Assembly: GCA_004431415.1 (NCBI GenBank)
Contig: QPMI01000013.1
Coordinates: 121,158 to 185,157 of the forward strand
Length of the DNA stretch: 64,000 bases
Source of the DNA: Cyanophora paradoxa CCMP329
Taxonomy: Eukaryota; Plantae; Glaucophyta
Reading direction: 5' to 3'
Below, in pieces: positions 43,466 to 57,279 of the stretch. Under the pieces are notes generated by a model, which saw only the letters and a list, made by a program, of their open reading frames with translations, was not told the DNA's origin and did not search any database. Each line of letters starts with the position of its first letter. Within the stretch, counting starts at the first letter, position 1. A program made the position numbers and the translations under genes.

Positions 43466-43641
43466 ACCTCTTCAAGTCGCCGACCGGGGTACGTGGTATT
43501 CCACATAGCGTACCCCAGCTGACGAACCCAAACCAGCTGGCTGGCTGAGCAGGCAGTGTTCTGGTTAGGCGGCAGGCACTCGTCGGCTTCCCGAGAAGAT
43601 TTGCACGTACACGCGCACGCCCACGCCGTAGCTAGGCACAG

Positions 43642-46391
43642 ATGGAGATCTGCGCAGCTCGCGCAGCTCGGCAAGTGCTTGTGTTTGCCCTATTGGCTTG
43701 CTGGCTCGCTTCCAGAGCCAGCGCGCAAGCGTGCTTCGGTGCGCATGCGCCCACGTGCATGGCCCGCGGGCGAATACGCCGGACGAATGCGCGCGCAGAG
43801 AAAACGCAAGTGCAGATCGTCAGCCCATCGACCGACTTCAAGCAGAACCTCGTCTGCATCGGTATGTGCGACGCGCTCGTACTTGCGCCAGCGCTCGCCA
43901 CCATATGCATCAGATCGCGCTCGTCCAGCGCGTCTCACGCGCCCGCAGTGGGCCAGAACTGCACCATCACGTGGCAGGCCGCCACCAGGTGCGACAGGAT
44001 CTCCTTCGATGTCGGCACGTACCACTGGTTCCAGCCCGTGCGCATGCGCTCGTCCGCTCTGCCTCCCCGCCTCTCTTATCAGGCGTTCCCTGCGCAGGCG
44101 ACGGTGCAAGATGATGGTGTGCACTCTGCGAACATCAAGACAATCGTCTCGGGGGTGCGCTCTCGCTGCGGCGCCGCCTCCTACAGCTGCCTCCGGTGAC
44201 GCTGTCGCAGCTCTCGTGCTCCTCGCGCCTCGTGCCGTCTATGTACCCCACGATGTCCACCTGCTCGTACACCTGGTGATTCGCGTGCCTCCGCCTCCGC
44301 CGCCCTGCCTATCGTGCAGAGAGGGCTGAACGCGCGCTGCTCCCGCCCGCAGGATTCCGACCCCAGACTCGATGACCTCGGAATCCATGTGCGTGGTCCC
44401 TTCCTCTCTTCCTTGCGTCTCTCAGTGGAACGCTCTAATCTCTACCGCCCTCGCAGGGGCTTCGTGACTCTCGTTGTTACGGCGAACTTCGGGACCTCGA
44501 CCCTTGTGATCCCGAGACAGGCGCGCCGCGCGCCGCCCGCGCTCGCCCCGGCCCGCGCCGCGTCTGATCATGAGCCTCCCCGCAGGTCTACGGCTACATG
44601 ATCTTTGCGGGCCACGTGCCGCGGGTCCAGAGCCCGTCGACCTTCGCCCAGACTTTCCTGCCCGTGCTGAACGGCCAGCTGGCCATCACCTCCTCCAACG
44701 CCTCCGTCAAGCACCTCCTGGAGGAGGTGCCGGCCGGCTCCGATCCGCCCGCCCGCGGCCCGTGCCTCTGACCGAGCCGCGCTCACGCGCCGCGGCCGCG
44801 GCAGTTCTGGGGCACCGCGACGACCTTCGACCAGCCCGAGTCCTGGGCGACGGGCGAGCAGCGCTCCGTTTCCTTCTCCATCGGCTACCCGATCCTGACC
44901 TCCAACATCTCCGCCCGTGCGCCCGCCGCCCCGCGCGGGCTCCGGCCCGCCCCCGCGCCCGAGCCGAGCGGAGCGAGTCACAGGGTTCTACGACCTGCAC
45001 GGCTTCTTTCAGCGCCTCCGCGCCGCCAACGGCTCCAGCATTCTCTCCATCATCGACAAGCTCACCGTCGACGTGCGCCTCCCGACCTGTACCCCTCGCC
45101 CTGCCCCGCCCCCCCTTCTTACGCCCCGCGCGCAGGCCACGATCAGTGAGGGGAAGCGGTTCGACTACGACCCGGCGAGCCGCCCGGACCTCGACGCCAA
45201 CCCGGACCAGCAGGCGCCGCCGAGCAACGGCACGTTCGACTTCACCGTCCCCGCCATGCTCCCGGGCAGCAACGAGTACTGGCTGAGTGCGACACTTCGC
45301 CGTTTCCTTCGAGCGGCCTTCTGCTCGGACGAGGGCTCACGCGCCGCCGCAGCGATCCGGGCCATCGACAACGATACGCCCTCGGCCACGATGCTGCGCG
45401 TCGAGGTGACGACGCCCGTCACGCCCGCGGGCAACAACGTCCGCCGCCGCCGCCCCTCTCGCCCCCGCCCCGGAGGCGACCGCTCACGCCCGCCGCAGGT
45501 GGCGTACGTCGCGCCCGGGGTGGGGTACAGCGGGTGGACGGACCCGACGACCGCGAACCTCTCGTCGCCGGCGGCGGAGTGCACGGCGGCGCCAAGCCAG
45601 TACAACGTGACCCTCAACTTCACCGCGGGGCCCGGCTCGTCGGTCATGCTCACCCTCCGCGTCGGCTCCGCCGTCAACTACACGTGGTGAGTGAGCGAGG
45701 GCAGCGTTCTCTCTCTGCCCCGATCGCTTTGAGATGTCCGGCGCGCGCCGCCCCGCAGCATGCTGGAGAGCTTCGAGGGCGCGCTGGTAAAGTGCGTGGC
45801 GGACGACCGCGCCGGCGAGCGCGAGCGCAGCGGGCAGCACCTCCCCGTCTGCATGCGCGCCGAGGTCCGCCGGCGCCGCCGTTCGGAGCGCCCCGCGTCT
45901 TCTGAGCGCGCGCCCCGCCCCGCCGGCAGTTCCAGGATCGCTTCCAGTACGCGATGAAGCTGACGTTCACGAACGCGGAGGGCTCCTGCGCCGCCCCCGC
46001 CGCCTCCCCGCCGGCCTGCAGCGCCACGAGCGCCGCGCCCCGGCGGCCGGCCATCCTGCGGGACCAGAGCCTCGTCGGGCGCATGGTCCCGGAGATCCCC
46101 GCCCGCTCGACCTTCACCGCCACCGCGACGCTCGTCCGCGCCGGCGCGTCCCCGCCGCCGACGACCCCCACCCCCACCCCGACGCCCCCCGCCACCGGTA
46201 CCCCGGCGCGCCGCGCGAGCACGACGTCGACGTCCTCGAGCGTCGCCGCCCCCGCCCCCAAGCCCGCACGTGCGTACCCCGCAATCCCCGAACCCCGTAC
46301 CCCGGTCCGAGCCAACGCTACCCCCGCAGACTCGATCCTCCTGATCGGCTTCGTCCTTCTCCTCATCGACTTCTTCTTCGGAGCCAACTGA
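43642..46391 (+). CDS. Secreted/surface glycoprotein, multi-exon, with a Pro/Thr linker and hydrophobic C-terminal tail
   Basis: Signal peptide VLVFALLACWLASRASA, many NxS/T sites and Cys residues, PTTPTPTPTPP linker, C-terminus ILLIGFVLLLIDFFFGAN. Confidence 0.65.
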
Positions 46392-48296
46392 TCCAATTCC
46401 CGACATCCGACCGTCGTCGAAGTTTTGAGAAAGTTTGACGCGATCGACGCGACGACGTTCGCATCACGGCTTCGGTCTCAGAGTCTTGCGCATGCAGGTC
46501 TTCAATTCGAGATCGCCTTAGTGATTATTGGGGAAGGACTCCCTTCCCCTTCCCCCACTTGTTATTGGGGAAGGACTCCCTTCCCCTCCTCCCAAAACCC
46601 GGGTTTTCTCGCCGGATCCTAGCAAGGCATGTCCCTAGGAGTCCGAAAACGTGTACTGGGAGATCCGGGTCCCGTCGGGTCAACCTGGAATGGGCAATAA
46701 CACATTTTCGGAAAATGCAATCTAGCGCCTCACCAAGTGGTGGTATATCTGCCGGACCGAGTGCGCCTGAATGCGCCTGATACGCCCAACGATTCATGTC
46801 ATACATGCCGAGACCGGAGGGGCACAGGGTGGTCCGCTAGGCCGCCTCAAGTACCTGTTGTACCGGACGCTGAAAAAAAAATCGCTCCTGAGAGTTGGAG
46901 GCGATATCGTGTTGCAGTACCCGTGCTTTAAGCCGGCAAGCTAGCCGACAGGCTCGCTAGCTGGCCAACTAGCTGAGCACCGGCTATCGGCTTGTTGGAC
47001 TTCCGCGCGCGCGCGCGTGGCGTCCGTCGACATCGTACCGACCACGGCGAGTGAGCGCCGAGGTTCTGCTCTGCTGCATGGATCGGATCGCTCGCCCGGG
47101 CCGGGCCGCTCGAGCCTCACTCGTGCGCTCGCTCGTGCGCTCGCCGTCGGCGCTTCCACGCTCCACGCTCCACCGATTCCGGCCGCACCAGGTACGAACT
47201 CGTCCACCTCCGGCTGCGCATGCCCGCCGCGCGCGCCGTCCTAGGCCTAGGCCTGAGCGCCCTCTCATGATCACTTCCCGCGAGACACAGCAGCGAGCGT
47301 CGCAGCTGGCCATGGGCATCAACATCGCATCTGTTCCATCGGTGCGCATGCTGCACGGCTGTGCTCGTCGCTTCCTCTGCCGCGGGGGAAGGGTCCGGTT
47401 GCAATTGCACGACTCATGCTTGCCACCCTCAGTCTTGCACCCGCATGCAATCGACCGGGTCGAACCACAAGCAAGCATCACATCACCTCCAAGACCTCGG
47501 CCTCCGCCGCGTACGCGCTAAGCGCCTGCCGCTAGCGCTGCGCCTATAGCTAGCCTCCGCCCGCGCCGACGCCGGCCAACGCCGGCGCGGCGGCGCGGCC
47601 GCGGGCTCCTCCCGCTCCTCGGGGCGGAGGCGCAGCGGGCGGCGGCGCGGCTCGCCGCTCGAGGCGGAGGCGCGGCGGGCGCGGCGCCGGCGCGGCTCGC
47701 CGGGCGGGGCGGAGGCGCGGCGGGCGGCGGCGCAGCTCGCCGGGCGGGACGGGAGGCGCTTCGGGCGGCAGAGCGGCTATCCGGGCGGGGCGGAGGCACG
47801 GCGGGCGCGGCGCGTCTCGACGGGCAGGGCGGAGGCGCGTTCTGCCGCGGGGGCGACGCCGGCGCAGCTCGCAGGGCGGGCGCCGCGGCGGAGGCGCGGC
47901 GGCGGCGGCGCTTCTCAAGCTCTAGTCCTCCGCTGAGCTAGATCTCGTCCTCCCCCACTTCTGAAAAAAGCACCGAGCTGTTATCAGAGTCCACACTATC
48001 TCGGCTCAAAGCTAACGTGACCAGCTACAGGGGTGAACTTTCCTGCTTGACCTTTAGAGGTCCTTCCCTCCAACAGGGGCAGTGCAACTGCAGTGTCCCT
48101 GTTCCGTTCATATTATTTATGTTTCTGTGCAATCCTCCTTGTTGCTATCAGAGTTGCTATTGCAACAGGGCCAGCAGCCGCCCTTTCCGCCCTGGCTTCC
48201 CTTGCGCGCCCCGCACCCCGAGGCCGCTGGCCTCACCCCATCGCAATCGCGCGTAATGGCAGATTGAACAGCCGGGCGCCGCGGGGCCGGGGCCGC

Positions 48297-51200
48297 CTAC
48301 AGCTCCAGCGTCAGGTTGACGACGTGCATCTTCGAGTCCGGGTCGCCCTGCAGCGCACGAGGCGGCGGTCGGTCAGGCCCGAGAGACTGAAGGAGTGGAG
48401 GCGGCGGGGGCCGCACCGGAGCCCGGCGATGTAGTTGTGCATGCGGGGCCCGTTGGTGCCGGCGTCGACGCGCGTCTGCGTGCCCGAGTCCTTGGGGGGT
48501 AGTGCTGCGTCTCGTTGTCGCGCCGGAAGTGGCTGAAGACCGTCTGCGCCGAGTGCGTCTTTCTTGTAGCGCAGGTTCGTCAGCTGCAGCGCCCGCCGCC
48601 GCAGCTCCCACTCGTTCCACGTGTACTGCGCCCCGGCCCCCGGCCCGCCTCAGAGCCGGGCGGGCAGGGAAGCGCGGGGGAGCCGACCTTGGGGTCGATG
48701 TGCTTCTCGATGGGGTGCGTGAGGTCTGGCAGTCGGCGTCGGCCTTGGCGGGCCCTTGCCCGCCTCCTGCCCCTCGGCGAAGAACGAGCGAGCAGCGCGA
48801 AGGCGAGGTTCGCGCCGCCGGCCCGCCGGCCCCCAGGCCCGCCCCCACGACCCGCTGCTGGAGCCGCAGTAGCCGCACCAGCTCCGGCGCCCGCCGCACC
48901 GCCTGCAGCACCCCCTCCACGTACCTGTACCCCGGCCGGCGTGAGCGGCGCGCTAAGTTTCAGAAGGGGGCAGGGGCTACCGCTCGGGGGTGGCCATGAA
49001 GCGCCAGATCGCCTCCTCGCCGGAGATGGCGTAGTACGCGTCCGCGAACTTGACGTACCCAGGTTGGGTTCCCGGATCAGCAGCGCGTCCCGCTCCACCA
49101 GCGTCACCGGGCAGAAGCCTGCGGGGGAAAGGGGGATATGAGGCGCCAAAGCGGGGGCGAGGGAAGGGAAATAACGGGGCGCGCACCCTGAACTCGGCCC
49201 TCGCGTGGGCGAACTCGGGATCCCCCCGCCCGATCCGCACCGGCTTCCTCGCCTCTCGTGCGGCCGCCGCAGCTGCCGCCGCAGCCGCGCCCGCGTCCCG
49301 GCCGCCGCCGCCGCGCCCGAGGCCGACCCGGTCGCCGAGGGCGCCCGCCCCGCGCTCGCCGCCCCTGAGGGCGGGCGCGCCGCCGCGGGGGCCGCCGCCG
49401 CCGCGGAGCCGGCGCGCTCAGAGCGGACGGAGCCCGGGGCGGATGGCGGCTTGGCGGCCTCGACGGCCGCGAGGGCGACGGCGCTCGCGGGCGCGAGCCC
49501 GACGCCGCCGCCGCCGCCGCAGCCTCCGCCACGCCCGCGAGCCCGGCCGCGACCCCGCCGCCGACCCAGCTGCGAGGGCGCCCCCGAGGGCGGCCGCGCC
49601 GCCGCGGCGGAGGCCGAGCCTGTGGGGGTCCCGGCTTGGAGCCGGTGGGCGTCGCCGGCTTGGCGGCCGCCCCCGTGCTCGGCGGCCGCGAGCCGGCCGC
49701 GCTCGGCGCCTTCTCCGCGCTCCTCGCCGACCCTGCGGTCGCCGCCGCCGCCTCCTCCGCCGGCGCCTCGCCCGACGCAGGCCGCGCCTCGCCCGACGCA
49801 GGCCGCGCCCCGCCGACGCAGGCCGCGCCTCGCCGAAGCCGCCGCGCCCCGCCCGACGCAGGCCGCGCCTCGCCCGAAGCCGGCCGCGCCGCTGCCGCCG
49901 AGGACGGGCGCGCGGCCGCCGCCGCCGCCGCCGACGCCGGCCGTCCTCCCGCTCGCCCTCGCCCGCAGCGGGCGCCGCCCCGCGGCCGAGGGCGGCCTCT
50001 CCGCCGCCGCCGCTGAGGGCGGCCGCTCGGCAGCGGCCTCGGCCGGGGCGGCCTCGGCCGGCGCCGGCGCCGCCTCGTCCGACGCGGGGGCGGCCTTGAA
50101 GCTGCCCCGCTGGCTCCCCTTCTGGCTCCCCGCGGCGCTCGCCTGCCGCTCAGCGGCCGCTCACCCGCCGCCGCCGCCTCGCCCTCGGCGGGAGCCGCCG
50201 CCGCCTCGCCCTCCGCCGCCGGCGCCTCCGCAGGAGCCGGCTCCTCCGGGCGGCAGCCGCCTCGCCGTCAGCGGCGGCGGCGGCCGGGGCCTCCGCAGCG
50301 GCCTCTGCGGCGGGGGCCTCCTCGGGCCGGCTCGGCGGCCTCCTCGCGGCCGCCTGGGCGCCGGCCTCGCGCACGATGGACGAGACGCCCGTCTCGTCCG
50401 CCTCGTCTGTCGGCTCGCCCGCCGGCGCCGCCGCCGCCGCCGCCGGCTCCTCTCCGCCTGCACCGCCGCCGACGCGGTCGACGGCTCCGCGCGGGCGCCG
50501 GGGCGCTCGGGGGCCGCTCGGGGGCGGCGGGGGCGGCGGCGGGGGGGACGAGGAGGAGGCGGCCGCCTCCTCGGCTGCGCGGGCGAAAGTGCGGGCGTCC
50601 TGGGCGGGGCCCGCGGCCAGGGCCTGGAAGCCCGCGGCCGCCGCCTCGGCCGCCTCGAAGTCCTTCAGCTGCCGCGCGGCGGCGGCGTCCGCGGCGCGGG
50701 CGGCGCGGGCGGCCTCGAGGGCCTTGGCGTGAGCTCCGTGCGCCGGAGCGCGCGGAAGCGCTCGACGGTCTCGAGGACGCGGGCGAGGCAGGCGACCGCC
50801 TGGCGCTCGTCCGAGAGGGAGTGCCAGAGGTGCGCCAGCGAGTCGAACTTGGGGTAGACCTGCTCCTTCGGCACCGAGGTCTTGGAGCCGACGAGGGCCT
50901 TCAGCTCGGCCATCTCCCGGTCGAAGCCGGCGACGCACTCGTCCACGTGCGAGAGCATGCCCGAGAGGTCCTGCTCGACGGTGTCCAGGCAGGAGCCCAC
51001 CTGCCGCCTGTTGATCAGCTCCGTCCGCAGGTGCCGCATCGCCTGCACGGCGGGCGGGCGTCAGTGGGGGGAAGAAGGGAGGGGGGTTACGACGAAGAGG
51101 GCGGGCCTTCTCGGGGAGGGCGCCGTGGTTGACGACCTCGAGGTACTGGAGGACCTGGGCGCGGAGCTCCTCCTTGTCGGCGCGGACGCGGCCCTCCATG

Positions 51201-52060
51201 GCGCGCGCCTCCTCCTGGGCCAGGGCCGGGATCTCCTCCAGGCCCGCCCCGCCCTTCCCGATGTCCTTGTTGAAGAGGCGGATGCCCAGCACGATGCTCG
51301 CCAGCTCGCGCAGCTGCGTCTTCTTCTCGTCCGTCGGCATCGCGACGAAGGCGCGCAGGCCGATCTTCGGGAAGACGCTCTCCAGCGCCGCCGCGACCTG
51401 CGCCCCGCGCGCCCGCCCGCTCGCTCTCGCCGCGTCCCGCAGAGAGGGCCACGGCGCCGGACTGACCTCGAGCTCGACCGCGCGGTCGACGGTGCCGCCC
51501 TCGGCGGCGGTCCCCGACATGCTCACGAGGTACGCGAAGACCTTTCGGTAGATGGAGGTCAGCGCTGGTGCGCCCCGGCCGGTCAGCGCGCAAGCAGACA
51601 ACGCGGGATGGCGCTGCGGGGCGCGGCCGCACCGTCAAAGTCGTTGTCGTTCTTGCCTTGATGCTGGCGATGTCGGAGAGCATGGCGTTGATCTTCTTCT
51701 CGCGCATCGTCTTCTCGCGCTCCACGCGCCCCAGCTCGGCGGAGTACTGCGCATCAAACTCCACCTGCAGCTTCACCGAGGCGAGCGAGGGGCTGTCCAC
51801 GTCCTTCAGCCGGTTGACACACATCTGCGGGGCGGTCGATCAGGCGGCCCCGCCGGTCCAGGCCGTGCCTAGCTAAGCGCTGCGCACCACAACCAACTCG
51901 CTCATGTCGTCCTCGCTGAGCGGGCGGTCGAGGTGGAGCGGTCCGAGTGCTCCAGGACAATCGCCCGCGCCATGAAGGCGCACAGGGTCTCTGAGGCGTC
52001 CACATTCTCCGCCTTGCACCGGGTCTGTATAGCGCGCACGACTTTCTGGATAGCGTCCAT
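48297..52060 (-). CDS. CFAP206: Cilia- and flagella-associated protein 206, with a long low-complexity insert
   Basis: AALESVFP, QLRELASIVLGIRLFNKD, VPKEQVYPKF, GFCPVTL, HPIEKHIDPKYTWNEWELRRRALQL and THSAQT..SHFRRDNETQ. Confidence 0.9.
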
Positions 52061-52346
52061 GCCTGCCGTGTAGCCGCCCGCGCGTGGCTGCGGGCTGCCG
52101 ATTGTGCGTTGTGCTCCTGGTCTTCAAAGAGCTTCGCTGGTCGCGTGCTGCTCGCCTCCGGGCGCTTTGGGCCGTCGACTATTTTGTTTCGTTGCGTGAC
52201 TATGTACCCAGACGTAACTTGCACCCCTTCATCATTGCGTGTACCCGGCAGAAGCGCTTCCAGAAAGTTTCTTCGCCAATTTAGTCGCCTGGGCCACGCC
52301 TTCCGGTCCATTCTCTCGCGCTCATCAAGCGGCACACTTCAATCAA

Positions 52347-53397
52347 ATGAGGTGAGCCCGGCGCGAGCCGCTAACAGGCCGCGCGGCCTGCCAGCGCGCC
52401 GCGCGGGCCCGCGCGCCCGTGTTGCGAGGGCCGCGCTGACCCCCTGCCGCGGTCGCGCAGCTCGTCCATCGTTCCGACCCTTCTCTGGGCTCAGCGCAAG
52501 AAGGCGCTCTACGTCACAGTCGACGTGAAGGAGCCGGTCATCGCAGAGGACGGGAAGAGCGTCGCGGCCGACGGCACGTTCAAGTTCGCCGGCTCGTCCA
52601 ACGGCAAGTCCTACGCCGTCGAGTGCCAGCTGCACGACGAGGTGCGCTGGCCGGCGCGCTCGCGCGCGTACGTACGCGCGCGCCGGGCCGCCGCCCTCTT
52701 CTCACCTCCGCCTCCGCGCTCTGCAGGTCGTCGCTGAGGAGGCCAAATGGAGCGTTATCGCCGGCCGGTGGCGTCTCACGGGTGAGTTCGCCGTCCTTCG
52801 CGAACCTTCGGTCGAATTTGATCCCGGGGCGCAGTGCCGAAGAAGACGCACGGGGCGTGGCCGCGGCTGCTGAAGGAGAAGAAGCCGTTCGTGAAGTGCG
52901 ACTGGGACCTCTGGATCGAGGAGGACGACTGGAAGTTCGACGACACCCGCGGTGCGCCGAATCTCGAACCTTCCCGAATCGAATCTGCGCGCGGGCGCGC
53001 GCGGGTTAGGCGTCGCTGACCCGAGCGCGCGCGCAGCGTCGAGCGGGGCGTACGACAACGACTTCGACTTCGGCGGGGGCGACTTCGGCGGCGGCGACTT
53101 CGGCGGCGACAACTTCAGCGATGACTCCGACGACGAGAAGCTCCCCGTGCGCCTGCCGGCCAGGCCTTCGGCCCCGCCTTGCATGCTGACGGGTTGGCTT
53201 CGCTTGGGCAGGACATCGACGGGAAGGCGAGCGGCGAGGCGGCGGCGGAGGCGGCGGCGGGCGAGGAGGTGGGCGGCGAGGGTGCCTCGAGCGAGGGCGA
53301 GGCGATGGAGACGGACGGCCCGGCCGGCGCCAAGCCCGAGGAGGCCGCGCAGGCGGGCCCCGCCCAGGAGGCTGAGGCCCAGCCCGCATCCGCGTAG
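52347..53397 (+). CDS. p23 (Hsp90 co-chaperone, CS domain)
   Basis: PTLLWAQRK, WPRLLKEK and VKCDWDLWIEEDD, followed by GGDFGG repeats and an acidic tail. Confidence 0.88.
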
Positions 53398-53561
53398 GCG
53401 GGAGCTCGAGAGCGTTAGTGAGATCTAGGACAGGAGGTACACGTGATGATGCTTTACAGATAGCGGCGCATATTGTAGTAGTAGTTGCATAGGTTTAATT
53501 AACGATAGTAGGTGCATCGATATCCTGCTGCTCTGCGCGGAGGGGAGGGCCGGCCCTGCCC

Positions 53562-55643
53562 TCAGGAGCGGGCGCGGGCCTGCTCCCGCTCCGCCGCCTC
53601 GCGCCGCCGGTCCAGGTCGTCCCGCGCCGCTTGCTCCTGCAAACAAGCGCGGGCCGGAGCGTGCCTCAGAGATGAATTGGATCGGATAGAAGGCGGGGGG
53701 GGGGGGGGGGTACCGCTTCGAGGTCGTCGAGGTAGCGCCGGCGGCGCTCCATCACAGTCAGCATGATCTCCCGCTCCTACCGCGCCCCCGGCCCCGGCCC
53801 CGCCCCGGCTCAGAAAAAGCCGTAGAGCAGCGGGCGCGGGCCCGGGCGCGGGGCGGGCCGGACGGCGGGCGCACGAGCCGAGCCCTGTCCATACTCTAAG
53901 CTAGGGCTCTAGTACTCTAGCTAGGGCTATAGCTAGAGGGCGCTGGCCGGCGGGCCCGCTCGCCGAGCCCTCGCCGTGCTCTAGCCGTGCTCTGCTCTAG
54001 CTATAGGGGCGGGGCGGGCGCACGATCTCGGGGGGCATCTCGCAGGAGCGGAAGTCGACGTCGGTGAGGCAGGACGTCACCCCGTAGATCGCCTCCGCCA
54101 GCGGGCGCGACCCGGAGTCCTTGATCAGGTTGTGCTGCGCGTGCAGCACCAGCAGCGTGCTGTTGCTCATCAGGCCCTGCAGCGCGAGAGTCAGGCCCTC
54201 ATCAGGCGTGGCGTGGCGTGGAGAGGGCGGGCACGGTGGAGATCATGCGGATGCCCTCGGCGCCGATGCGGTTGTGGGAGATGTCGAGGAGCTTCAGGCT
54301 CTGGTTCATGCCCAGGGCCTCCCCCAGCACCGCCGCCCCGGGGTCCCCCAGCGAGTTCCAGCCCTGCGGGCGGGGGGTCAGAGGCGAGGGGCGGGGCCGA
54401 GCGGGGCGCGCGGGGCGCCCGCCCGCACGCACCATGCGGAAGCGTGTGAGGGCCGAGTTGACCTTCAGCACCTGCGGGGCGTAGTAAGAAGAAGCGAGGG
54501 ATGGAGGGCCGGACGGAGGCGCACGTTCGCGAGGGCGACGGCGCCGCGGCGGACGATCTGGTTCCACGAGACGTCGACGTCCGTGAGCGTCGAGTTGCCG
54601 CCCAGCATCTCCCCCACCGCCTCGCCCCCGCTGCAGGGCGTGAGGAGGGCGGCGACGGCGGCGCGGGGCGGAGGGGTACGCGAAACGCGCACCGTTCGCC
54701 GAGAGAATTGTGCGAGATGTCCAGCTTCAGCAGCACGTTGTTCTTCTGCGCGGGGGGGCTTCAGAGGAGCGCGGCGGAGCGGTGGGACGGGGCGGGGAAG
54801 GACGGCCGGGCACGCCACGAGGGCGGAGCAGAGCATGCCGATGTCCTTGTCGCCGAGGCGGTTGCCGCGCAGGCAGAGCTCGACGAGGGCGCACGTGTGG
54901 CTCGCCAGCGTCTCGCCCATCGCCCACGAGAAGCGCGACGCAAAGCGGTTCTCGCTGAGGTCCGCCTGCGTCAGCGCCGCGTTCTGGCCCAGGGCCTGCG
55001 CCAGCGCCAGCCCGCCCTCGTCCCCCTGCGGCCCCGCCCCGCCCCGGCTCGGACCGCAAGCGGGCGAGCGCGGTAGACGCCCGCTGGGCGCCGCAACCGG
55101 GGCCGCACGATGTTGTTGTCCCCGAGGTTGATCCCCTTGATGGTCTTGTTCACCTGCGCGGCCGCGTCGCGCAAGCCGGGCCCGCGCCGACGCCGCGCGC
55201 CCCGAGTCGGAGCGCTCGGCGCGAGCGCGCACCTTGAGGCACTCGGCTACCGCCCGCCCGCCCTTCTCGCCAAGTCCGTAGTGGTGCAGGTCGATGTCTG
55301 CCGTCGCGTCAGCGCGCGGGGGCATGGCAGGAAAGAGAGGAGAGCAGCGGCGCGCACAGTCCTCCTCGATCCGCTCCACGAGCTGGCTGACGGGGACGAT
55401 CTTGAACTCCTCGCACTTCCGTATGTACACTCGCATCCCCGTCGTGTCCGCGCTGTCGTCCGTCTTGAACTCGACGTCCTGCGGCGCGTTCAGCCTCCAG
55501 CTTCGAGCAAGATGCTGCGGGTGGAACGCGCCTCATCCCACTCTTCGTCCGTCAAGTCTGAGTCCTCGTCCCCGAGCCTGAGGCGCTGCGCACTGCGGCT
55601 CGGCGGAGGCGCGACCCGAGCAGCGCTAGGTTCTCACCGACAT
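53562..55643 (-). CDS. RI-type leucine-rich repeat protein, LRRC74-like
   Basis: YIRKCEEFKIVPVS, DLHHYGLGEKGGRAVAECL, and repeated NxxLxxLDLSxNxLG units. Confidence 0.75.
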
Positions 55644-56038
55644 CCTCCTTCGTCGCGCCGCCCGGATAGCTACCTAGAGCGACCGCAGACCTCCAGCTCC
55701 GCCAAGTGCGCGCCACGGGCTGCCCTAGCTAAGTCAAGGCTGTAAAGCTGTGGCCGCGGCGACCGCGTGTCGAGCGTCGGCCCCCGAAAGCTTCCGGAGA
55801 GCTTGGAGCGGTTCAAGAAACCGCGCAGCGAGCAGGAAGCCTGCGTGCGATGAGCTGGCCGCCAAGTCGCCGCCGACTCGCCGCCGAGTCGCCGGCTTGA
55901 GGGGGCTACCGCATTGCGACAAGAATTGCACCTTTTGCAGGCGACGAAAACAGGCGAAGCAGCACAGCGGCGAGCTCGGAGGCGATAGATAGAGCGACAG
56001 AACACCGCGGCGGCGCGTCAGGACGCGCGTAGCTAGGG

Positions 56039-57170
56039 ATGGAGTCCGAGGATTTGCTCCTGAACCTCCCACACATAGCAGCCTACGGCTACACGCTCAC
56101 AGACCATGAGCGGGCAACCCTGGAGTCCTCTCTCATGCTGCTGAAGCTGGAGCACAACTTCGACAGAGTGCACTTCTGGGGCAAAGTGATGACCACCGGC
56201 CCTGTGGACTACATCGTGGCGCAAGGCTTTCCGAAGATTCTGCGGTTGCAGGACAAGAATGTCCGCACGAGCTTTTACAGGTTAGCACGCCGCGCTGCCC
56301 TGCGCCGAGAAGGACGCCGAGGCTGACCGTCTGCAGTGCGAACGGCGGCATGTCCTTCAAGCCGCTGCCTGCGGTGGACCAAGTAACGAAGGATCGCGTT
56401 GAGCAGCTGACAAATCTCTTCTGCGGGGACCCGCTCTTCGAGTACATGGGGAAGGACCCGCCGCCGCCGCCCCGTGCGCCGCCTTCCCCGCCGGAGCCGC
56501 CGCTGCCGCTGACGTGCGGCCGCCCCTTAGCTCCGGAGCCGGAGGAGGAAGAGGGCGCGGAGCCGAAGGAGGAAGCCGCGGAGCCGGAGCCGCCGGCGAG
56601 CCCGTCGAGGGGGAGCTCGCGCCGCGAGTACAAGATCACGGAGGAGCAGCGGCTAGCGACGCTGGTGGAGCAAATCGATCTGGAGTGCTCGATAGTGCCC
56701 CGGGGCGCCATCGCGCTGAGCGTGACGCACTACGCCGCCTTCAACAAGAAGTTCGAGGGTGCGCACGACCGGCGCTCCGCTCTTTCCTTTTCGCGGGCTC
56801 GGGGCGCTGAGCGGGGGCCGCAGGCCTCAGCATCGGCGGTCGCAGAACATGGCGAACTACGGGCACTTCACCAGGTGGAGGACATCGAAGAGAAGCCCTC
56901 CTTCGACAAGGACTTCTTCCCCCCCATCTCCAAGGACGTCCCGAAGGGTGCGCCCGCGCGCCCTCGCTTCGCGCCCGCCCCGCCGCGCCCCGCTGACGAG
57001 GGCCCGCAGGCTGCTGGTCGGTGCAGTTCGAGCCGCTGACGCAGGTGGCGACGCTGCGCAACTTCCTGTGGCCGGGCTTCCTGTTCTACCACATGGCCGG
57101 CACGCGCAACTTCGGGCACGTCTACTTCGGCTACGGCGAGAAGAACCTCGATTTCGGCTTCATGATGTAG
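56039..57170 (+). CDS. RSPH9: Radial spoke head protein 9
   Basis: FWGKV..DYIVAQG, EEQRLA..VPRGA and LRNFLWPG..FGHVYFGYGEKNLDFGFM, stop 57170. Confidence 0.92.
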
Positions 57171-57279
57171 GACGGCGGCGGAGGGAGGGACCGTGTGCGC
57201 CATGCAGATACTTGACATGCTCGGCGAGCAACCACAGCGGGAGTGGGGGCGGGGGCGGGGCGGCGGGGCGGCCGGGCGG

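Noticed and set aside
47550-47920. GC-rich degenerate repeats as a gene or element
   Set aside because: No credible reading frame, termini or family signature.
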